From: Candidatus Electronema halotolerans
Lineage (GTDB): Bacteria > Desulfobacterota > Desulfobulbia > Desulfobulbales > Desulfobulbaceae
Direction of reading: 5' to 3'
NCBI GenBank assembly: GCA_942493095.1
Contig: OW818675.1
Coordinates: 450,001-482,000 of the forward strand
Length of the DNA: 32,000 nt
Shown: piece by piece, positions 25,701 through 32,000 of the stretch
Layout of the letters: each line of letters opens with the position of its first letter
How positions within the stretch are numbered: the stretch's first letter is position 1
Notes under the pieces: model-generated
What the model was told of the DNA's origin: nothing
The model's input: the letters and a program-made list of their open reading frames with translations, nothing else
Database searches by the model: none
Made by a program: the position numbers and the translations under genes

Positions 25701-25707
25701 CAATCAT
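22705..25707 (-). CDS. murE-murF: fused MurE (UDP-MurNAc-L-Ala-D-Glu:meso-DAP ligase) - MurF (D-Ala-D-Ala adding enzyme)
   Basis: Single 1000-aa ORF. The N-terminal half has GLTGTNGKTT, DYAHSPDAL, GCGGDRDKGKRP, DNPRSEDP (DAP-specific DNPR) and AGKGHE. From about aa 515 (near nt 24160) the MurF part begins: SIDTRTLQRGDIFVAL, VTGSSGKTTVKE, NDCYNANPGSM and the C-terminal LLKGSRGMRME. Confidence 0.9.
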   Translation of the reverse strand: MIELHQLLRALPEELAAQVLHGATEGPICHITCDSREAGPESIFVAVKGSKADGHDFVRQVVEQDCSCVVVENDPGPLEGTAVVQVKDSHAALGWLAAALHDFPTQNMNLIGLTGTNGKTTISWLIEQMLAASGCQVGVIGTVNYRWTDRAGRVIAEKAPLTTPGPVQLQKMLRVMADAGVTHVVMETSSHALEQRRLAGLRFDVGLFTNLTRDHLDFHGTMAAYFAAKKLLFTRYLKENGKAVIVTEQDWGRQLFHELAAERPDLAQFTCGLDTAKANRVSATDLQQDIRGFSCNLSVNGKSLPFRSCLTGRHNVLNILAAAGAGLALSLPPDQIVSGLAQDRQVPGRLERVQLPGLAEEEQPCVLVDYAHSPDALENVLQTLRPLTKGRLFCVFGCGGDRDKGKRPQMAAVAAKFADLSLVTSDNPRSEDPETIISEVAAGCRAAGLAELTPDELASAKGFVCISDRRTAIHTACALAGPEDIVLIAGKGHEDYQIIGAERHFFDDRIEAVNGLLRWNFGHLVRATGGQTRGPAPTHTFGNVSIDTRTLQRGDIFVALAGEKFDGHDYVQTAIEAGAAAVIVQREMQVSAGTVLIRVTDTLQALLDLAAYRRRLLGKRLTVAAVTGSSGKTTVKELVAALFSRHFAEANTGINPVLKTQGNFNNLVGMPLSLLPMAAGHKAAVLEMGMNHPGEIARLGAAADPDIACITNVQAAHLEGLGSIEGVAKAKGELFAGLRADTVSVVNLDDPQVRKLPTNSARVIGFAVTSAGLSRTPEVSAVNIADLGEKGMRFNLCICDWEQEVEIALPGLHSVSNCCAAAAIAHAAGIAPETIADTLRAYQSSADKRMQLVTLPNGINVLNDCYNANPGSMLAALKTLRGFGKNCKHIALLGDMLELGESSAAAHEQLGREAAQLGYAHAAATGTFAEQVAEGARQGGMPDKMTQVFPDTAAMAAWLLNEIDMNHITAGDWLLLKGSRGMRMEKVLEIVQAKLNKGGC

Positions 25708-25813
25708 AATAATGCAGAGTTAAAGGGAAGAGGCGGCAGCGACTGGCCTGCCCGGAATCGGTGCAGTATATGCTGTTCGGCAGGGAAAAGGAAGGAAAAG
25801 CGGGCTGGACTAC

Positions 25814-26344
25814 TTACTTGAGTTGCAGAGGAATGCCACAGCAGACTAAGAAAACCTGATCAGCGCGGGCGGCGATGCTCTGGTTGCAGCGGCCTGCCAG
25901 GTCGCGGAAACGGCGGGCTGCCGGGTTGTCCGGGACAATGCCCAGCCCCACCTCGTTGGCAACCATGATGATTTGGCCCTGATGGCGGCGGCTGGCTGTG
26001 CCGAGCTGGTCCGCCAAAAAGGTCATCCGGTCTTCGGTGATTTCATCGCCGCCCTGCTCGGCCTCGTGCATCAGGTTGCTGATCCACAAGGTCAGACAGT
26101 CGATGAGCACGGTTTCCCCGTCAGGCCGACAGGACAGCACCTCGGCCAGATGAAGCGGCTCCTCAATGGTTTGCCAGCCCCGGCCTTCCCGGTCGCGGCG
26201 GTGCCTGCGGACGCGGTCGTCCATTTCCGCATCCAAGTTGGGACAGGTGGCAAGAAAAAGCCGGGGCGCAGCAATGGCTTCAGCAAGCTGCTGGGCAAAG
26301 GCGGATTTGCCGGAGCGGCTGCCGCCGGTGACAAGAGTGAGCAT
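25814..26344 (-). CDS. cobU: adenosylcobinamide kinase / adenosylcobinamide-phosphate guanylyltransferase
   Basis: MLTLVTGGSRSGKSAFAQ P-loop, RVRRHRRDR...GWQTIEEP and IMVANEVGLGIVP. Start set at the ATG at 26344; an alternative ATG at 26371 would overlap the upstream gene by 11 nt. Confidence 0.85.
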   Translation of the reverse strand: MLTLVTGGSRSGKSAFAQQLAEAIAAPRLFLATCPNLDAEMDDRVRRHRRDREGRGWQTIEEPLHLAEVLSCRPDGETVLIDCLTLWISNLMHEAEQGGDEITEDRMTFLADQLGTASRRHQGQIIMVANEVGLGIVPDNPAARRFRDLAGRCNQSIAARADQVFLVCCGIPLQLK

Positions 26345-26360
26345 GTTGCATTGTTGTAAT

Positions 26361-27686
26361 TCACTGAACATATCGAGATAGATTCAATGCAATTCCTTTT
26401 TCATGAGCCTTTTTCAAAGCCTCTAAGCATTCATCTGTTGGAGCAACACATTCCCACGCGACCTCATCTTCATTGAGCAGCGATTTCCAGTTGTCATCGT
26501 TGTCACTGTCATCAAATGGATTGACATCTCCTTCTTTCAATCCAAATGTTCTATCAGCTATTTCCTTCTCAACGTATGCGTTCATCATTAAATAGCAAAA
26601 ACAACACTTGGGACATTTTCCGCACCAAGGTTTCACAAAGTTGCAAGAGTGCGTATAGGTAAGAAGGTTAGCATCGTGAGATATAATATCCTTATATATC
26701 TCAGTGTCATTCTTGTCTTGCAACGAACTGTTGAATCCTGAGAAAACAAAAGATGGAAACAGCCTGCTGAAGAGTTTTGAAATATATTTCCTGTATTCAG
26801 TGCTTTTACAATACTGGTGATTTATTGGTTCATGCAGCTCTATTCCGTCCTGCTCCGCATGTCTCCACCATTGCATTGTCCTGTCCGAAGTGCTTTCAAT
26901 ATTAAATAACACTTCGCTATAGCCATGATGGATAATCAAAGGAAAAAATCCTGCGTAATTAGCTGTATGCCCTACAAAAAAATCTATTTGCTCGCAGACT
27001 GCTTCGGGATTGATTCGCCGTAGTTCTGCCAATGATAAATGCGTGAAATCATCCTCAATAAAAACTTCAACTATGTCATTATGTGCTGCTATTTTGCTGG
27101 TCAGGCGGTCTAAAAGCTTCTTCTGAAGCTGAATGTCACCGCCTAATGGAAGATAGGCTTGGTATATATCGAAACACTCTTTATTTTTTGTTAATTCCAG
27201 CATGGAAAATAATGAATCTTTTCCCCCTCCGTTGGTAAGTAATTTTTTATCATACACCTCATCTGAGCTGGAAATTTTTTCTATAGAAAAATCATAAGCC
27301 TTATCAATGCAGTTGATTTTTGGGTAGTCTGCCGACGGGTATTGCATATTGGAAAAATAACGCCATTCCGCATAGGAATTTCTGAAAATTATATGCCATA
27401 CTTCTTTGACAAATTCCGGTACAGCATATTGCTCAGGCAGAGTTATCTTTTCTGCGCCGAGAGTGAAAAATCTCATGCTGTCAAACAAAATTATTGTTCC
27501 TGTCAGTATGTCAAATTGTTCAGCAGAACATTTCTGCTGAACTTCACTCCATTTCTGTATAGAAGAGTAGGAAATCTTAGACTTAAAAGTCAGATGCTTA
27601 ATTTTGTAATAAATAGAGATGGCGGCTGGAAAGTCTTCTTTTTCAACCTTCACTACGGTGATATCATACTTGCTTGCTGAAATCAT
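26361..27686 (-). CDS. hypothetical protein with a PP-loop-like ATP-pyrophosphatase motif and a QueC-style Cys cluster (AT-rich orphan)
   Basis: 441-aa ORF with AAGGAG 6 nt upstream (complement of 27693-27698). LLTNGGGKDS at aa 149-158 (nt 27213-27242) resembles SGGxDS. C348-x6-C355-x2-C358-x2-C361 plus C362/C364 lie at nt 26595-26645. GC is about 37-40% on sampled lines against 55-75% in the flanks. Confidence 0.7.
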   Translation of the reverse strand: MISASKYDITVVKVEKEDFPAAISIYYKIKHLTFKSKISYSSIQKWSEVQQKCSAEQFDILTGTIILFDSMRFFTLGAEKITLPEQYAVPEFVKEVWHIIFRNSYAEWRYFSNMQYPSADYPKINCIDKAYDFSIEKISSSDEVYDKKLLTNGGGKDSLFSMLELTKNKECFDIYQAYLPLGGDIQLQKKLLDRLTSKIAAHNDIVEVFIEDDFTHLSLAELRRINPEAVCEQIDFFVGHTANYAGFFPLIIHHGYSEVLFNIESTSDRTMQWWRHAEQDGIELHEPINHQYCKSTEYRKYISKLFSRLFPSFVFSGFNSSLQDKNDTEIYKDIISHDANLLTYTHSCNFVKPWCGKCPKCCFCYLMMNAYVEKEIADRTFGLKEGDVNPFDDSDNDDNWKSLLNEDEVAWECVAPTDECLEALKKAHEKGIALNLSRYVQ

Positions 27687-27752
27687 GACTGTCTCCTTTT
27701 TTTAGTTTCAGAGAAAAGCAACTAGTTGAATTGTTATCGCTTAATCGCTGTG

Positions 27753-27797
27753 ACAAAATGACCTGGCCAAGTTGGGAGAAAATCTTGGTCAGGCCAG
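27753..27797 (-). terminator. probable intrinsic terminator of clpA
   Basis: Arms CCTGGCCAAG (27762-27771) and CTTGGTCAGG (27784-27793) form a 10-bp stem with one G-U pair and a 12-nt loop. On the minus strand it is followed by TCATTTTGT. It starts 9 nt after the clpA stop. Confidence 0.5.
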
Positions 27798-27805
27798 GAT
27801 AAAGT

Positions 27806-30106
<2,301 letters not shown>

Positions 30107-30154
30107 GATGGCATTCCATGTGAAGTTTTTAACGTTGAAAGCCGGACGACGCTT

Positions 30155-30469
30155 TCAGGCCCGCTCCAAGGAGCATTTCAGGGGAAACTGGTTCTTCCTG
30201 GCCAACTGATGCACTTCCGCAACCTTGGTTTCGCCGATTTCACGAGGATACACTCCGGCCACGCCTCGGCCCTGATGATGGACGTTGAGCATGATCGCGG
30301 TTGCCTCGGCAGTGTCCTTGGCGAAAATAACCTCAAGGATCATGACCACAAAGTCCATGGTCGTGTAATCGTCATTATGGAGAAGGACTTTGTACAGGGG
30401 CGGCTCTTGGAGCTTTTCCCGGTCTTTGACTGCGGTCTCTTCCCGTGTTCCTGAAAGTGTGGTGCCCAT
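30155..30469 (-). CDS. clpS: ATP-dependent Clp protease adaptor ClpS
   Basis: PPLYKVLLHNDDYTTMDFVVMILEVIF and the downstream HHQGRGVAGVY block are canonical ClpS. Confidence 0.9.
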   Translation of the reverse strand: MGTTLSGTREETAVKDREKLQEPPLYKVLLHNDDYTTMDFVVMILEVIFAKDTAEATAIMLNVHHQGRGVAGVYPREIGETKVAEVHQLARKNQFPLKCSLERA

Positions 30470-30569
30470 TTTCCGGCGGCCTGCTGCTTCGCTTGCTTGA
30501 AGTTCTGCTCCGGCGATCCTGCGCTGCCGGAACGGTGAAAAATTCCTTCCTTCCTGTATTGTATAATGC

Positions 30570-31940
30570 TCAGTTCTGATTTTGCAAGTTCCTATTGCCT
30601 TTCATTTCAAGGAACAGAGCCAGCAGCAGATGCTGGAGCACAGTTTCCGCCGCCACAGGCGAGCCTTTCAGCCGCCGGTCAGCCGCCAGAATCAGGCCCA
30701 GCCATGCTCTGAGCTGGGGCAGGGAAAAGGCGGCGGCTGTCTTGAATTTCATATACAAAGCAAAGGGATGGCCGGATAGCTCGCTCTGCCAGCGCGGATT
30801 GGCCTTGAGCAGCGGCAGGCACTGTTCCTGAAAAATCTTGGGCGACAGATTAGGCCGATATTGATACTGTTCCTGCTCAAGCAGGCTGCGAAAAAGCAGC
30901 AGGCTGCGGGTGAAATTGCGCAGCGTTGCCAGCACCGCCAGCCCGTGAATGCCGTTTTCCTGCAACCGGGCGGCAATAAGCAAGGCTTTTTCCAGATTTT
31001 TACTGCCCACTGCCTCGGTCAGCTCAAACACTGCGTCCTCGCGGGTGCGGCCTGTCATCAGATTGAGGTCATCCAAGGTGATCTGGGGCGCGTCGCCGAC
31101 TGAGAGGGCCAGCTTTTCCGTTTCCGTCACAACAGCGGCAGGATGAAAGCCGACCCGCTCCAGCAGCTCGGCCATGACTTCGCCGGACATGCGCTTGCCC
31201 AAGCTGCGCAAGGTCTGGCTGATTTGCTCGCGCAGCACCCCCTCCTGCGCCTTCCTGGCCTGCGAGGAGGAGCCTTTTTCCACACTCAGATCAAGAACCG
31301 GAAATTTCGCGCTCAAGGCTTTGTAAAGCTTTTTCCGCTTGTCCAAGTCCTCAGCCAGAAGAAGCAGGGTGTTGTTCTTGGGAATGCCCGCCTCCAGCGC
31401 GGCTAAGAGCTGCTCGCCTGCATCGCCGCTGGCGCGGGCGGACGGGCCGCTGTCTGCTGCATCAGCCAGCAGGGTTGCGGTCCAGCTCAGACTGTCTGTA
31501 GGTTTAGCAAAGCCGAAGCATTTTTTCCACTGCTCGCTGCTCAGGCTGGCCGGGTCATCCTGCGCTGTCAGGCCACCCGCCTCCAGCATGGCTCGGAGCT
31601 GACGAGCCGCCTTGTCCGCGTTGCCGTCCGTCCAGGCCTTGACCACTTTTTTCCAAATATTCTCAGCCACATTCTTGGAAAGAAAGAGCCTGCTGCCATT
31701 GACCCGGTAAATCTGGCGGCCACCGAGCAGGCTGAAGCTGCGCAATTTGGCCAAAGTGCTGTTCTGGTCTTCGCTGTCGCCGTCAATGGCGTGAACTGTG
31801 CCCTTGAGCGTTTCGGCAATCTTGTCAGCAGCTTGGCGGCAGAGGGTGTGCTCGCCAAAGAGCAGGACAGCGGACGGAGCAGGTTCCTTGCTGATCTCGG
31901 CAAGCAGCTCGTTCAGTTTGCTGCGGTCGTAAACAGGCAT
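30570..31940 (-). CDS. holA: DNA polymerase III delta subunit, with an inserted segment
   Basis: N-terminal VLLFGEHTL... and SFSLLGGRQIYRV, then LLLLAEDLDKRKKLYKAL, and helical C-terminal domains resembling HolA. At 456 aa it is about 110 aa longer than typical delta subunits. Confidence 0.65.
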   Translation of the reverse strand: MPVYDRSKLNELLAEISKEPAPSAVLLFGEHTLCRQAADKIAETLKGTVHAIDGDSEDQNSTLAKLRSFSLLGGRQIYRVNGSRLFLSKNVAENIWKKVVKAWTDGNADKAARQLRAMLEAGGLTAQDDPASLSSEQWKKCFGFAKPTDSLSWTATLLADAADSGPSARASGDAGEQLLAALEAGIPKNNTLLLLAEDLDKRKKLYKALSAKFPVLDLSVEKGSSSQARKAQEGVLREQISQTLRSLGKRMSGEVMAELLERVGFHPAAVVTETEKLALSVGDAPQITLDDLNLMTGRTREDAVFELTEAVGSKNLEKALLIAARLQENGIHGLAVLATLRNFTRSLLLFRSLLEQEQYQYRPNLSPKIFQEQCLPLLKANPRWQSELSGHPFALYMKFKTAAAFSLPQLRAWLGLILAADRRLKGSPVAAETVLQHLLLALFLEMKGNRNLQNQN

Positions 31941-31948
31941 GATCAGCT

Positions 31949-32000
31949 TCAGCCCATCTGCCGCACGATCTCGCCGATGCGGCGCATCTCGGCCAGAATC
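31949..32000 (-). CDS. 3' end of an unidentified upstream gene (partial)
   Basis: A minus-strand frame reads ...ILAEMRRIGEIVRQMG then TGA (complement of 31949-31951). Only 16 codons are visible and the product is unassignable. Confidence 0.25.
   Translation of the reverse strand, partial: ILAEMRRIGEIVRQMG

Overview
GC-rich bacterial chromosomal segment (about 55-65% GC on sampled lines), almost fully coding. Genes at 1-14.3 kb are mostly on the + strand; 14.4-32 kb is entirely on the - strand.

Housekeeping backbone: punA, argG-argH, aspS, yrfG-like HAD nucleotidase, a fragment of the dcw cell-wall cluster (one 1000-aa fused MurE-MurF ORF, then mraY), cobU, clpS-clpA and holA.

Less ordinary content:
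- A DUF2339/DUF3999 membrane pair.
- An SQR-like flavoprotein with a DUF1641 partner.
- An orphan NifK/NifN-like nitrogenase component-1 homologue. It has a near-consensus sigma54 promoter, and a phased 4 x 23 bp repeat array lies upstream in an unusually long (725 bp) divergent intergenic region.
- Two sharply AT-rich islets (about 35-40% GC). One holds a decayed YefM/YoeB toxin-antitoxin remnant plus a membrane-anchored FHA protein. The other holds a single orphan 441-aa protein with a PP-loop-like motif and a QueC-style Cys cluster, sitting between the clpA terminator and cobU-murEF-mraY.
- A P-type ATPase lacking the canonical CPx transmembrane motif, a single-domain PilZ protein and a small secreted PAN/Apple protein.

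I saw no rRNA, tRNA, CRISPR array, transposase or integrase. Gene content (sigma54/nif-like, SQR-like, fused murEF) suggests an anaerobic Desulfobacterota-type organism, but that is inference only. All product calls come from motif recognition by eye, not from database searches.
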